This document shows, piece by piece, positions 8,884 through 19,200 of a DNA stretch of 64,000 nucleotides (positions within the stretch are counted from its first letter, which is position 1; every line of letters starts with the position of its first letter). The stretch is from a bacterium (GTDB taxonomy: Bacteria; UBA8248), in contig OZ241875.1 of assembly GCA_965203325.1 (NCBI GenBank), forward strand, positions 1,920,001-1,984,000. The letters run 5' to 3'. Both the position numbers and the translations under genes were made by a program. A model generated the notes under the pieces. It was not told where the DNA came from and did not search any database. It saw only the letters and a list, made by a program, of their open reading frames with translations.

Positions 8884-9303
8884 CTACGGCGCGGCCCAGG
8901 GGTTCACGACGTCGACCTCGAGGCCGTCGAAATCGCGGACGTTCCTCGTCGCAATCGAAAGCGCATGCGCCACCGCCGTACCCGCGATGAGCGCATCCCC
9001 CATATCCAGGACGCGGCCCGCGCGGTGCGCCCGCGCCCTCAGGGCCGCGGCCCGTGCGGCTTCGGGCCGGCCCACCGGCAGCACCCGGTCCGCGTATTCC
9101 GAGACGAACGCGGAGAGTACCGCCCGGATTCCCTCGCGGCGGCGTCCGGGCGGGAGCAGTTCGACGCCGAAGTCCAGTTCGTGCAGGACGACGGTGGAGA
9201 GCCACAGATCCTCAACGTCGGCGAGGAACGCCGTCACCCCCGAATCCGGCGCGTCCTTCGTCAACTCCGAGATGACGTTCGTGTCGAGCAGAAACCCGCT
9301 CAT
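8884..9303 (-). CDS. vapC: VapC PIN-domain toxin
   Basis: FLLDTNVISE, DALIAGTA, ATRNVRDF. Confidence 0.9.
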   Translation of the reverse strand: MSGFLLDTNVISELTKDAPDSGVTAFLADVEDLWLSTVVLHELDFGVELLPPGRRREGIRAVLSAFVSEYADRVLPVGRPEAARAAALRARAHRAGRVLDMGDALIAGTAVAHALSIATRNVRDFDGLEVDVVNPWAAP

Positions 9304-9584
9304 TCGGCATCGCCGCCCGCGAAGGGAATCTCTCTCCGGGAGCCTCTCGTCCCCGGGATATCCAGGTTCGCGCCGCGCGGCATGTTCTCGACGAGCCACC
9401 GCCCCATGGGCTTGCGGGGCGACTCTTTGGCATACCACTTCGCGGCGGGCACGACCACGAAGGGCCGCCTCGCGCCGATATGCTGCGGCCCCTCCTCCTC
9501 GGCGAGGCGCAACACCTCGGACAGGCGCGCCTTGGCCTCGGCGACGGTCCAGACTCGGCGGGGTTTGGGATGTTGTTCGGTCAT
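9300..9584 (-). CDS. Phd/YefM family antitoxin
   Basis: WTVAEAKARLSEVLRLAEEEGPQHI; 4-nt overlap with vapC. Confidence 0.85.
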   Translation of the reverse strand: MTEQHPKPRRVWTVAEAKARLSEVLRLAEEEGPQHIGARRPFVVVPAAKWYAKESPRKPMGRWLVENMPRGANLDIPGTRGSRREIPFAGGDAE

Positions 9585-9604
9585 GGCTCCCTCAAGCGAA
9601 AAAT

Positions 9605-9622
9605 ATAGTCTAATATAGACCA
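9605..9622. promoter_or_regulatory. Probable autoregulatory operator palindrome of the TA operon
   Basis: GTCTA-ATA-TAGAC inverted repeat just upstream of the antitoxin start. Confidence 0.45.
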
Positions 9623-9656
9623 TATTGTCGGTCGGTGTCAAGGGGTAGAAAACCAC

Positions 9657-10010
9657 ATGCGGGGGATCGCATTTCCCCGCATTTGCGGCGAAGTGCTCAT
9701 CACTCCCTCCCGGGGTCCGTACGAAAATTCTTTACGTCTCGTTCGAAACCACCCGCATTTGCCCGCAATTGCCGCCGCGCCGCCCGGGGCGCGAGCGCGT
9801 ATGATGGCGAAGCCGGTCGCTTCGTTCGAAAATATGGAATTTCCGTAAATTTCGATAAAATTAGATAAATTCACGGGGTTTTTCGATAAATTGTCGGGGT
9901 ATTTCCGGGAATTATTTTTTGAGAAATGACGCCGCGGAATCGGAGCGCAGGGGAATCCTGCCACAATCCGCCGGCCCCGCCATGACGGCAAATGCGGGGA
10001 AATGCGGGGT
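9657..10010. repeat. ~350-bp dispersed intergenic repeat, copy 1
   Basis: Reverse complement of ~21750-22150; CCCGCATTT/AAATGCGGG motifs around an AT-rich core. Confidence 0.85.
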
Positions 10011-10083
10011 CGAAACGCGCGGAAAAGCTTGATCCTCTTGCCCCTTAGAGGGCCGAGGCCGTGATTCGCTAAGTATTTGTATT

Positions 10084-11265
10084 TTAGCGCGTTAGCGATT
10101 GCACGACACCATCTTTGCGCAGGCGGGCGATTTCCTCTTCGCTATAGCCCAGCTCTGCGAGAATCTCATCGGTGTGCTCGCCCAGCATCGGCGCAGGCCT
10201 TGAAAAATCAAGCGTTTCGCCCCCGAACGCAACCGGCGGGGCGGGCATGAGACCCGGCCCCGCAGCGGGGTGGTCGACCTCGACGAAGGCTTCCGGGAAG
10301 CGCTCTTTGACCTGCGCCACGTCGTTGATGGCGCTCACCGTAACCCCTTGCGGGATAAGGAGTTCCTCCCATTCGGCGGTCGTCTTTTGGGTGAGGACTT
10401 CCTCCAGGATTTCGCGCAGGGCGGCGTCGTTCGCCACGCGATCCTTGTTCTCACGGAAGCGGGGATCGTCCGCAAGCGCAGGCTTTTCAATGGCTTCGAC
10501 GAAGACGCGGTAGCGGTTCGTGTTCGAGATCGCCACGTACAAGAGGCCGTCCCTGGTCTTATAGCCCGAAAAAGGGGAGACCACCGGATGGGAAAGTCCT
10601 TCCGGTTCAGGCACTTGGCCGGTAAACGTGTGGCGCGCCACCGGGTTTTCCATGATGTTGACTGTCGCGCCCATCATGGAGGCGTCCACGCGGGCGCCCT
10701 CGCCGGTGCGCTCCCGGCGCAGGAGGGCGGTGAGGATTCCCGAGAGCAGGTAGAGGCCGCTCGTCACGTCGACGATCGAGACGCCAACGCGCACGGGCGC
10801 TCCGCCCACAGGCCCCGTCACGCTGATGAGGCCGCCCGCGGCTTGCAAGAGGCTGTCGAAGGCCGGGCGTCGCGCGTGTTCGCCGGTCTGGCCGAAGCCG
10901 GACACCGCGCCGTAAACGAGCCTTGGGTTTTCGGCTTTGAGAGCCTCCCAGCCGACGCCCAGGCGGTCCATGACGCCGGGGAGGAGGTTTTCCACGAGAA
11001 CGTCCGCTCCCCGGCAGAGTTTCCTGAAAACCTCGACGCCATCAGGGTTTTTCAGATCAAGCGCGATGGAGCGCTTGCCCCGGTTCAAGCTCATGAAGTA
11101 GCTGCTCTCGCCGTTCTTGAACGGGCCGATGGCGCGGCTGTCCTCCCCGCCGGGGCGCTCCACCTTGATGACCTCGGCGCCATAGCCCGCCAGATAGAGC
11201 GATACGATGGGGCCGGCGTTGAACTGGCTGGCGTCGATGACCTTCAGACCCTGGAGGAGTGGCAT
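10084..11265 (-). CDS. Family III CoA-transferase (CaiB/BaiF)
   Basis: LQGLKVIDAS..AGP, GAEVIKVERPGGEDSR, NRGKRSIALDLK, ADVLVENLLPG, PMLGEHTDEIL. Confidence 0.93.
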   Translation of the reverse strand: MPLLQGLKVIDASQFNAGPIVSLYLAGYGAEVIKVERPGGEDSRAIGPFKNGESSYFMSLNRGKRSIALDLKNPDGVEVFRKLCRGADVLVENLLPGVMDRLGVGWEALKAENPRLVYGAVSGFGQTGEHARRPAFDSLLQAAGGLISVTGPVGGAPVRVGVSIVDVTSGLYLLSGILTALLRRERTGEGARVDASMMGATVNIMENPVARHTFTGQVPEPEGLSHPVVSPFSGYKTRDGLLYVAISNTNRYRVFVEAIEKPALADDPRFRENKDRVANDAALREILEEVLTQKTTAEWEELLIPQGVTVSAINDVAQVKERFPEAFVEVDHPAAGPGLMPAPPVAFGGETLDFSRPAPMLGEHTDEILAELGYSEEEIARLRKDGVVQSLTR

Positions 11266-11283
11266 CGGATGAGAAAATGCGCT

Positions 11284-12219
11284 CTAGCGGCGTTTTGGGG
11301 TGGTTTTGGAGGCCGTTTTCTTCCGGGTGGCTTTGGAGGTGGAGGTTTTCGCCGCCGTTTTCGTCGTTGCCCTCGCCCCGGCCGCCTTGCCAGCGGCGGT
11401 TTTCTTGGCGGCGGCGCTCCTGTTCGTCGTATTCGCGGCCTTGGCGGTGCTCGTTTTCTTGCTGGCCGCCGTTTTCCGCGTCGCCGCCTCTTTTTTCTTA
11501 ACGGCAGGCGCTTTCGCACTGGCCGCTTTGCTCTTCGCCGATACGGGCTTGCCGGGAGCGGCAGTCGATTTTTTCTTCAACGCGGAGGTTTTTCCCCTCG
11601 TTTGCGTTCGCGTTTTCTGTGCCGCAGCTTTCGGGGGGGCTTTTTTCTGCCGCCGAACCTTTTGTTTTTTCGCGTGTTTCTCATTTGCCACACGCGAAGC
11701 CTCAGCCGCCCGTATTTCTTCTTCGGTGGGCGGGAAAACGGGTTTTCTGCGTCCCGTTATCAAGCGAAAGGCGTACCCCACCTGCGTTTCCCGCCATTCA
11801 TTCTCTCCAAGATCCTGTAACACGAGTTCCACCGGGGAACCGGGAACAAGCAAGTCCCGATAACCTTCCCAACCAATCAAATGGGAATTTATCTTGATCC
11901 CCTCATCCAGGAGTATGACTGCGGAGACATGTTCTGCATTCCCATCCGTGGAAGAACGCGTGATCGTGGCCGAAAGGAGCTTGCCCTTCCCGCTCAAAAG
12001 CACTTCACTCGTGCTGCGCGGACAGACAGGATTATCGCAAGTCGTTTTCGAGCCGGTCTTCGGGAAAAAATATTCCTCGCATTCCCTGCAGACGGACCCG
12101 ATGAGCTTGGGTCTATGACGGGAATTCCTGGGAATCGTAAAAACATCGCGCATAAACGGAACGACAACTTTATTCTTGCCAGGAATGAAAATCGAAGGCT
12201 CATTTTCGGGGAAAATCAT
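11284..12219 (-). CDS. DUF35/ChsH2-like Zn-ribbon + OB-fold protein with a long Lys/Ala-rich C-terminal tail
   Basis: LIGSVCRECEEYFFP..CDNPVC, LSGKGKL, ILLDEG, PGSPVELV; ~140-aa K/A/T-rich low-complexity tail. Confidence 0.7.
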   Translation of the reverse strand: MIFPENEPSIFIPGKNKVVVPFMRDVFTIPRNSRHRPKLIGSVCRECEEYFFPKTGSKTTCDNPVCPRSTSEVLLSGKGKLLSATITRSSTDGNAEHVSAVILLDEGIKINSHLIGWEGYRDLLVPGSPVELVLQDLGENEWRETQVGYAFRLITGRRKPVFPPTEEEIRAAEASRVANEKHAKKQKVRRQKKAPPKAAAQKTRTQTRGKTSALKKKSTAAPGKPVSAKSKAASAKAPAVKKKEAATRKTAASKKTSTAKAANTTNRSAAAKKTAAGKAAGARATTKTAAKTSTSKATRKKTASKTTPKRR

Positions 12220-12503
12220 ATACTACCCTGCTTTTCAAGTTTCGAAGAACCAAATCTACTTGAACGAAATGTAAACGGCTAGTTAAATCTCATAGGCATT
12301 CCGGGATTAGTGCGCGAACACTACCAAGGGGTCGGGCGGGTGTCAATATGAATTCAAATCGGAGAAATCCTCCAATTCTCCTTACGAGAGATGACCTCCA
12401 TTCATGATACATTGCCTCCCAAGCCAACCTTGATATTGACGACTTGACCATTCAAAACCTGCAATCTTATAGTCGACAATCGTATTCATATAAGGGATGC
12501 GGC

Positions 12504-13946
12504 ATGACTTCTCCAAACGCTCGAAATCTTCCATCCAAGCTGCTTCGACTATTGCCTTCGGTGGATGAAATCGTTACCCACCTCAAAAATGACGGTGTCA
12601 ACGGCTCATCAGACACCGCCCTATCCGATGCCGTCAGAAAAGCAATCGGAATAAAAAGACAGCTTCTGCTCGAGCAAATAAACCAGGAATTCCCGAATAC
12701 TGCGGAAAACGCATCGCTGTGCGAGCAAACGCTTCGGGATATTGTTCTCGATGAAGCAAAACAAATACTTACCTCGAACAAACAACTTGGGCTAAAAAAA
12801 GTCATCAACGCCACAGGAATCGTCCTGCATACAAATCTGGGTCGAGCCCCGTTAAGTGACGCCGCAAGGGCCGCCCTCATAGATGTGGCCCAGGGATATT
12901 CAAATCTGGAATTCGATTTGAACCTCGGGCAGAGAGGGAAAAGAGGGTCCGACGTGGAATCCCTCCTTTGCCAACTGACAGGGGCGGAGGCGGCGCTGGT
13001 CGTCAACAACAACGCTGCCGCCGTGATGTTCGCGATTCATACGATGGCCCATTCCGCCGAAGTGATCGTTTCCAGGGGCGAGTTGGTCGAAATTGGCGGT
13101 TCTTTCCGAATCCCGGATATCATGCGGCAAAGCGGCGCAAAATTGGTAGAAGTAGGAACGACAAATAAAACGAGAATATCCGACTACCGCAACGCCATTA
13201 CCCAAGATACGGCTTTGCTGCTCAAAGCGCATACCAGTAATTACAGGATTGTCGGCTTCACGGAAGAAACATCTCGCGATGAGCTCTCGGAACTCAGCAG
13301 GGAAACAAACATACCCACGCTGGAAGATCTCGGGAGTGGTTCGCTTCTTCATATCGATGGTCTTCCGCATGAACCCACTGCCATTGAATCAATTCAGGCA
13401 GGAATCGATGTCGTTACATTTTCCGGGGACAAGCTTCTCGGTGGCCCGCAGGCCGGCATTGTCGTAGGCAAGGCGACGTGGGTGGGAAAAATGAAAAACC
13501 ACCCGCTCATGCGCATTCTCAGGCTCGACAAGCTTACGCTCGCCGCTTTGGAGGCGACACTCAGGGCATATCTCGATCCTGATGCCGCCCACACTCAGAT
13601 TCCGACACTTCACATGTTGTCCACCAACCGTGAAAAGCTGAAAAAACAGGCCGAATACCTGATGAATCTGATGGGGGAACACACTTGTTCCGTCCTTGGC
13701 GCCAAGGTGGGCGAAACGTCGGGTATGGTAGGCGGTGGGGCCATGCCCCTGGCGGAACTTGAAAGTTACGCCGTGACGTTATCTCCCAAAAACTCCTCCG
13801 CCAAATCATTGGAAACCAAGTTGCGTAATGCGACCCCACCTGTCGTGGCGCGCATTCATGAGGATAAAGTAATACTGGATATGCGGTGTATTCGAGAAGG
13901 TGAAATGGATCAGCTTGGCGTGATTCTCAACGAATTTGCAAAGTAA
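12504..13946 (+). CDS. selA: L-seryl-tRNA(Sec) selenium transferase
   Basis: VINATGIVLHTNLGRAPL, VVNNNAAAV, SRGELVEIGGSFRIPDIM, FSGDKLLGGPQAG. Confidence 0.97.
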   Translation: MTSPNARNLPSKLLRLLPSVDEIVTHLKNDGVNGSSDTALSDAVRKAIGIKRQLLLEQINQEFPNTAENASLCEQTLRDIVLDEAKQILTSNKQLGLKKVINATGIVLHTNLGRAPLSDAARAALIDVAQGYSNLEFDLNLGQRGKRGSDVESLLCQLTGAEAALVVNNNAAAVMFAIHTMAHSAEVIVSRGELVEIGGSFRIPDIMRQSGAKLVEVGTTNKTRISDYRNAITQDTALLLKAHTSNYRIVGFTEETSRDELSELSRETNIPTLEDLGSGSLLHIDGLPHEPTAIESIQAGIDVVTFSGDKLLGGPQAGIVVGKATWVGKMKNHPLMRILRLDKLTLAALEATLRAYLDPDAAHTQIPTLHMLSTNREKLKKQAEYLMNLMGEHTCSVLGAKVGETSGMVGGGAMPLAELESYAVTLSPKNSSAKSLETKLRNATPPVVARIHEDKVILDMRCIREGEMDQLGVILNEFAK

Positions 13947-14006
13947 CCTTATACCTTCCGTACAAGTACTTTTCTCGTTATCACAATAAGAAGGAATAAT
14001 TTTCCG

Positions 14007-14810
14007 ATGCCAACCGTAAATTCCGAAGGTGTTGCAATAGATTATGAAATCATCAATCCCCAGCATACCAATACGCCTGTATTCTTAATCACCGGGCTGG
14101 GGGGTATACGCGGTATATGGGCAAAGCAATTCGACGCCTTTTCTGCTACGAGACCGCTTATCCTTCATGACCATAGAGGAACGGGAAAGAGCGACAAACC
14201 AAGTGGGGTTTATAGCGTCCCCAACATGGCGAAAGATATCATCGCCATCATGAATGATCTTGAAATAGAACAAGCGCATCTCGTCGGCAGTTCAACGGGG
14301 GGAGCCATTATCCAGGTGATGTGTATCGACTATCCCGAGCGTGTCAAAAGCGGGTCTATCGTAAGTTCCTGGCCCAAGAGCGACGCATATTTCACCCGCC
14401 AGTTCAGCGTACGCAAAGAAGTTCTACTTGAAATGGGATGGGAAACCTATACGAGATTTTCCACATTCACCTTGCATAGCCCGAAGTTTTTCGCCGATAA
14501 CTTTCAAGAAATTCAAATGCAGGAAAAACAATCGATCGCAAACGCGCCTCCCGCCGAGATCATGGCTGAGAGAATCGACTGCATTATTGCGCACGATCAG
14601 TTGGACCGCCTGGGTCAAATCACATCTCCGGTGCTGGTGGCCGTTGCAAGAGACGATGTTGTCACTCCGCCGTATTATTCTCATCAATTGAGTGAAGCCA
14701 TTCCTGGAGCCGAATTGAAGATTTTTGATGAAGGCGGCCATTTCGTTTATATCGAGAAACCGGTTGAATTCAATGAGTCCATCCTGGAATTCATCCATCG
14801 CCATGACTGA
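14007..14810 (+). CDS. Alpha/beta hydrolase (RutD/PcaD-like)
   Basis: HDHRGTGKS, GSSTGG nucleophile elbow, DDVVTP, GGHF. Confidence 0.85.
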   Translation: MPTVNSEGVAIDYEIINPQHTNTPVFLITGLGGIRGIWAKQFDAFSATRPLILHDHRGTGKSDKPSGVYSVPNMAKDIIAIMNDLEIEQAHLVGSSTGGAIIQVMCIDYPERVKSGSIVSSWPKSDAYFTRQFSVRKEVLLEMGWETYTRFSTFTLHSPKFFADNFQEIQMQEKQSIANAPPAEIMAERIDCIIAHDQLDRLGQITSPVLVAVARDDVVTPPYYSHQLSEAIPGAELKIFDEGGHFVYIEKPVEFNESILEFIHRHD

Positions 14811-14858
14811 TCGATATTTTCATATTTCGCCTATCAAACACGAAGACGAAATCACCTT

Positions 14859-16769
14859 ATGAAACATGTTGTCATCGGAACCGCCGGCCACATCGATCAC
14901 GGCAAAACCTCTCTCGTCAAAGCATTGACCGGCACAGATACCGATCGCCTCAAAGAGGAAAAAGAACGCGGTATCACGATCGAGCTCGGGTTCGCCGAGT
15001 TGACTCTCGACAATGTCCACGCAGGCATCGTGGACGTTCCGGGCCATGAGCGATTCGTAAAAAACATGCTGGCGGGAGTCGGCGGCATAGACTTGGTCAT
15101 GCTGATCGTTGCTGCCGATGAAGGCATCATGCCGCAAACGAGGGAACACCTGTCCATTTGTCGACTTCTCGGGATTAAAACAGGCCTCATCGTGCTCACC
15201 AAGACAGATCTGGTCGAACCGGAATGGGTCGAACTTGTCACGGACGACATACTAGACTTCGTAAAAGATACATTCCTGGAAGAAAAACCCATCGTGCCGG
15301 TTTCGGCTCACACCGGGGATGGTCTGGAAAATCTCAAAAATGCCGTAAGCGAAATCGCCAATCAGACGCCTGTAAAAAGCGAAACGGGCATATTCCGAAT
15401 ACCGATTGACCGCGTCTTTACGATGCGGGGTTTCGGGGTCGTGATTACAGGAACCTTGTTCAGTGGGAGTGTGGCTGTAGGTGAGCAGGTTGAAGTTTAT
15501 CCCAGGACCCTCCAGGCGCGCGTTCGTGGCCTGCAAGTACATGGGGAGTCCGTGGAAAAATCGACTGCCGGTCTCAGAACCGCCGTGAATCTCCAGGGCC
15601 TCGAGCGGACCGAAGTGTTCAGAGGAGACATTATCGGTCATCGTGGTGAACTGAAGTCGACGTACATGCTCGACGTTCATCTGGAACATCTGGCCGACGC
15701 GCCACGCCCGCTGAAAACCCGCAATCGGATCCGGTTTCATGCAGGGACCGCCGAAATCATGGGCAGGATATCTCTCATCGGACGAGATGTGCTCGAACCG
15801 GGAGAGAGCTCATTTGCGCAAATACGGCTGGAGGAACCTATCGTCGTACTACCCAGAGATCGATTCGTCATCAGGAGTTATTCGCCAATCATCACGATAG
15901 GTGGTGGGGAAATCCTGGATATCATGCCTCGCAAGCATAGAAGATTGCGGAGTTCATCCCTAGCTCATCTGAAATCACTCTATCAAGGAGATGAGACGGA
16001 AAGGCTGCTCATATTGCTCCGGGATGCCCGGTTGAACGGAGTCGAACTCGCTGACCTCACAGGCCGTCTCACATTAAAGCCAAGCGACATCCAGAAATCC
16101 ATTCAGGAATTATCCGCCCAGGGAGAAGTGCAAATTATCGACCAAGCCAATTTCTTCTCCATGACAACGGCGCATTTCAATACAGCCCAGAAAAATATTC
16201 TTTCTTTTTTGAATGAATACCATGCTCAAAACCCTCTTCGCACAGGGGCGCCCAGAGAAGAAGTTCGCGGCAAGGCGGGCGATATGAATGAAAAAATCTT
16301 TGCTGCCGCACTCAGATACTTAAGCGAATCGAACGAAATCGTTGAAAATGGCGCCACCTTAAGACTCGCTTCCCATTCAGTAGAAATTGATGAAACGCTC
16401 GAAGAAGTGAAAGCGAAACTGGAGTCTGTTTTCAAAAATGCCCATTTTCAACCGCCATCCGTCGAAGACGCATTCTCACAAAGTGGCGGCAAAGGCAACT
16501 CAAATCGAAACGCTCTGCAACTCCTCATCGATCAAGGTGTTTTATTGCGGCTGAAAGACAACATTGTCTACCATCGACTCGCTTTGAGCGAAGCAGAAAA
16601 CCTACTTAGAGAGCATCTATCGCAAAACAACGAAATTACGGCGGCGGAATTTCGAGATCTCCTGGGCATTACCAGAAAACACGCCATCCCTTTACTTGAA
16701 TATTTTGATACTGCGCGGATTACCCTACGGGTGGAAGATAAAAGAGTGCTTCGACCAGACGCGAGATAA
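14859..16769 (+). CDS. selB: Selenocysteine-specific elongation factor
   Basis: [31 protein letters not shown]-terminal winged helix [15 protein letters not shown]. Confidence 0.97.
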   Translation: MKHVVIGTAGHIDHGKTSLVKALTGTDTDRLKEEKERGITIELGFAELTLDNVHAGIVDVPGHERFVKNMLAGVGGIDLVMLIVAADEGIMPQTREHLSICRLLGIKTGLIVLTKTDLVEPEWVELVTDDILDFVKDTFLEEKPIVPVSAHTGDGLENLKNAVSEIANQTPVKSETGIFRIPIDRVFTMRGFGVVITGTLFSGSVAVGEQVEVYPRTLQARVRGLQVHGESVEKSTAGLRTAVNLQGLERTEVFRGDIIGHRGELKSTYMLDVHLEHLADAPRPLKTRNRIRFHAGTAEIMGRISLIGRDVLEPGESSFAQIRLEEPIVVLPRDRFVIRSYSPIITIGGGEILDIMPRKHRRLRSSSLAHLKSLYQGDETERLLILLRDARLNGVELADLTGRLTLKPSDIQKSIQELSAQGEVQIIDQANFFSMTTAHFNTAQKNILSFLNEYHAQNPLRTGAPREEVRGKAGDMNEKIFAAALRYLSESNEIVENGATLRLASHSVEIDETLEEVKAKLESVFKNAHFQPPSVEDAFSQSGGKGNSNRNALQLLIDQGVLLRLKDNIVYHRLALSEAENLLREHLSQNNEITAAEFRDLLGITRKHAIPLLEYFDTARITLRVEDKRVLRPDAR

Positions 16770-16792
16770 AATCCCTTTATAAGGAATGAAAA

Positions 16793-17980
16793 ATGCCTCT
16801 CGATAAGAGCAAAATCAAACGGCTGCGTTCCGATGTCCCGGCCCTGAGAAATCAAATTTACGTAAATTGGGGTGGCGGGGGACCATCATCGAAATCGATT
16901 CTTCGTGAAATGGACAAGTTCACAAAACGTGATTTGGAACTCGGCTCGTTTCACCCGAAAATCAGGAATGAAACCACCAAGGTCTTAACACGCACCCGAG
17001 ATAGCTGCGCGAAACTCATTGGCGCAGAAGCTTCGGAAATCGCCCTGACGAATAATACAACGGTCGGAATCAACATAGCGGCTGCAGGACTAAACTGGGA
17101 GCCAGGAGACGAGGTGATTGTCTCAGATTTGGAGCATCCGGGCGGCTACCTGCCCTGGTTGGTATGGCGAAAGAGAAATCCCATCAAGGTGAAACTATTC
17201 AAAACCGGTGAAAATGATGAGGAGCTTCTCCGAAACCTGGAAAAGGCCATCACGCCAAAAACAAGAGTGGTTTGCGTGAGTCATATTTCGTGGCTGAATG
17301 GCAGGAGACTCCCTCTCGAATCAATCGGGCGAATTTGCGTCTCCGCTGGTGCCCTCCTCATCGTGGACGGCGCCCAGTCCGTAGGACACATACCAGTCAA
17401 AATCAAAGACACCGGCGTAGATGTCTACACCATTTCCGGCCAGAAGTGGCTGATGGGTCCGGACGGCACGGGCGCCGTGTATATCAGGCGAGGGGCAGGC
17501 AAAAAGATTCAACTGTCATCCGCAAGCTTTCGCTCGGCGCAAAAAAAGAGATTAAAAACCCTGTCTTTTACCCCTGAGCCGAGCGCGATGCGCTATGAAG
17601 TCGGCACTCTCAATACAACTGGGTTCTTAGGATTCCGTGCTGCGGTCGAACACTTCAAAAGAACAGGGCCCGTATCCATCGAAAAAAGGATACTGGCGCT
17701 GGCGAATCGCCTGATGTCGCAAATGCGTGGGATCAAAAATATTGAAATCATTACGCCTGAAGGAAAGGCTCAGTCTGGTCTGGTTTCTTTCCGGATGAAA
17801 AACGTCGAATCTCAAAACGTGGTGGACAGGCTCTACAGGAAACACCAAATCATCCTCCGGGCAGTGGTCACGGAGCCTCCCGCCGTGAGAGTTTCGATTC
17901 ATTATTTGAACACGGAAGAAGAGATGGACTCGATTGCAAATGCGATATCCGCAATAGCGACTGGCAGAAAAAAGGGATAA
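16793..17980 (+). CDS. Class V PLP-dependent enzyme (cysteine desulfurase/selenocysteine lyase-like)
   Basis: NTTVGIN, EHP, DGAQSVGH, SGQKWLMGP, RVSIHYLN; no obvious catalytic Cys loop. Confidence 0.8.
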   Translation: MPLDKSKIKRLRSDVPALRNQIYVNWGGGGPSSKSILREMDKFTKRDLELGSFHPKIRNETTKVLTRTRDSCAKLIGAEASEIALTNNTTVGINIAAAGLNWEPGDEVIVSDLEHPGGYLPWLVWRKRNPIKVKLFKTGENDEELLRNLEKAITPKTRVVCVSHISWLNGRRLPLESIGRICVSAGALLIVDGAQSVGHIPVKIKDTGVDVYTISGQKWLMGPDGTGAVYIRRGAGKKIQLSSASFRSAQKKRLKTLSFTPEPSAMRYEVGTLNTTGFLGFRAAVEHFKRTGPVSIEKRILALANRLMSQMRGIKNIEIITPEGKAQSGLVSFRMKNVESQNVVDRLYRKHQIILRAVVTEPPAVRVSIHYLNTEEEMDSIANAISAIATGRKKG

Positions 17981-18001
17981 AAAAGCTCAAAATCCAAACA
18001 C

Positions 18002-18036
18002 AAAAAAAGCGGCGGTTCTTTCACCGCCGCTTTTTT
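18002..18036. terminator. Bidirectional rho-independent terminator
   Basis: AAAAAAAGCGGCGGT-TCTTTC-ACCGCCGCTTTTTT between convergent genes. Confidence 0.85.
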
Positions 18037-18051
18037 ATGTCTGGTTCGTGA

Positions 18052-18792
18052 TTATTTTTTCAGCGTTACGTTCACCGCCGTGGCAGCGCCGCCCTTCACC
18101 GACACTTTCATGGATTTCTTGCCCAAAACCTCGTGCCAAATCTCGAGGGTGTAAGAGCCTGCGGGAACATCTTTTATCTCGAATTTTCCCCCGACTCCCG
18201 TGATGCCGACATAGGGGTTTTCCGCCACGACGATATAGCCCCTCATCCAGTCATGAACGTCACAGGTCACTTTCATGATGCCGGGCTTCTTGAAATAGCG
18301 GGTCGACATTCTCAGTTTTTTCTTGAACTTGGGCTGCGCGATATTGGCCACCGAGTTTCCCGTTTTGCTAGGGTGCGTGTGGACGTTGTGGAGAATTTTG
18401 TCACTGTTCTTCATCAACAGTTTCGTCTTTTGCTTCATTACGACCACGCGGGGAAGGTACACGCATCCTTTTTGATCCATCGTCGCTTTTTTCTGGCTCT
18501 TCGACCATTTCTTGCCGGATTTCACGCCCTTCAAGGACACGACGGCCCATACCACGCCGCCGTCTTTCACGACCAGACTCTCATCCTTGATCGGTTTTTT
18601 TGCGCAAACTTTCTTGTCTTTATTCACGGACAACGTTTTTTGTTTCGGGGCAGCGCCGTCGAACTTGATTGCCCCTGTAATCGAACCGCCGCCACTTACC
18701 TTGCCTGCTTTATAAGCGTCCGCGGAGCCAGCCAATGCGATGCTCAACAACACCGCAAACATCCAGCACAATGGAAAGCGTTTGGGAACCAT
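18052..18792 (-). CDS. Exported cupredoxin-like / carboxypeptidase-regulatory-like domain protein
   Basis: Signal peptide; DQKGCVYLP, NSDKILHNVH, CDVHDWMRGY, DVPAGSYTLEIWHE. Confidence 0.7.
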   Translation of the reverse strand: MVPKRFPLCWMFAVLLSIALAGSADAYKAGKVSGGGSITGAIKFDGAAPKQKTLSVNKDKKVCAKKPIKDESLVVKDGGVVWAVVSLKGVKSGKKWSKSQKKATMDQKGCVYLPRVVVMKQKTKLLMKNSDKILHNVHTHPSKTGNSVANIAQPKFKKKLRMSTRYFKKPGIMKVTCDVHDWMRGYIVVAENPYVGITGVGGKFEIKDVPAGSYTLEIWHEVLGKKSMKVSVKGGAATAVNVTLKK

Positions 18793-19200
18793 GCCTACTC
18801 CTCTCGAATAATTTTTCAGGTTGGCAGCAACTGTTTTCAAAAAAGCGTGCGCGCAATCATTCGCACACGATATCGGTGGCTTCAGATGCAGGACCTCTAA
18901 AATTGACTTCAAATCAAATCGGAACCGCCAGGAAATCAAACCTGCTCCATTCAAGTAATCCACCTTTCAAATTAAGTCAACCCTCTGGATGGTCGACCCG
19001 TCAATTCGCCTGAATTCATTGTGTCATCCGGTCGAATCCTGCTACGAAAGAAAGCGCAAATCCAGCCGCCAGAAGACACAAACCTTTCCCGGCAGATCGA
19101 ACGACTCCCAAGCCGCGATGTTTGCAACACGGCGGACTCTGGGGTATCTCTTTGGAAAAGCGGCGCTTAGCCGACACACGTCATCCTGCGGGAGCAAACA

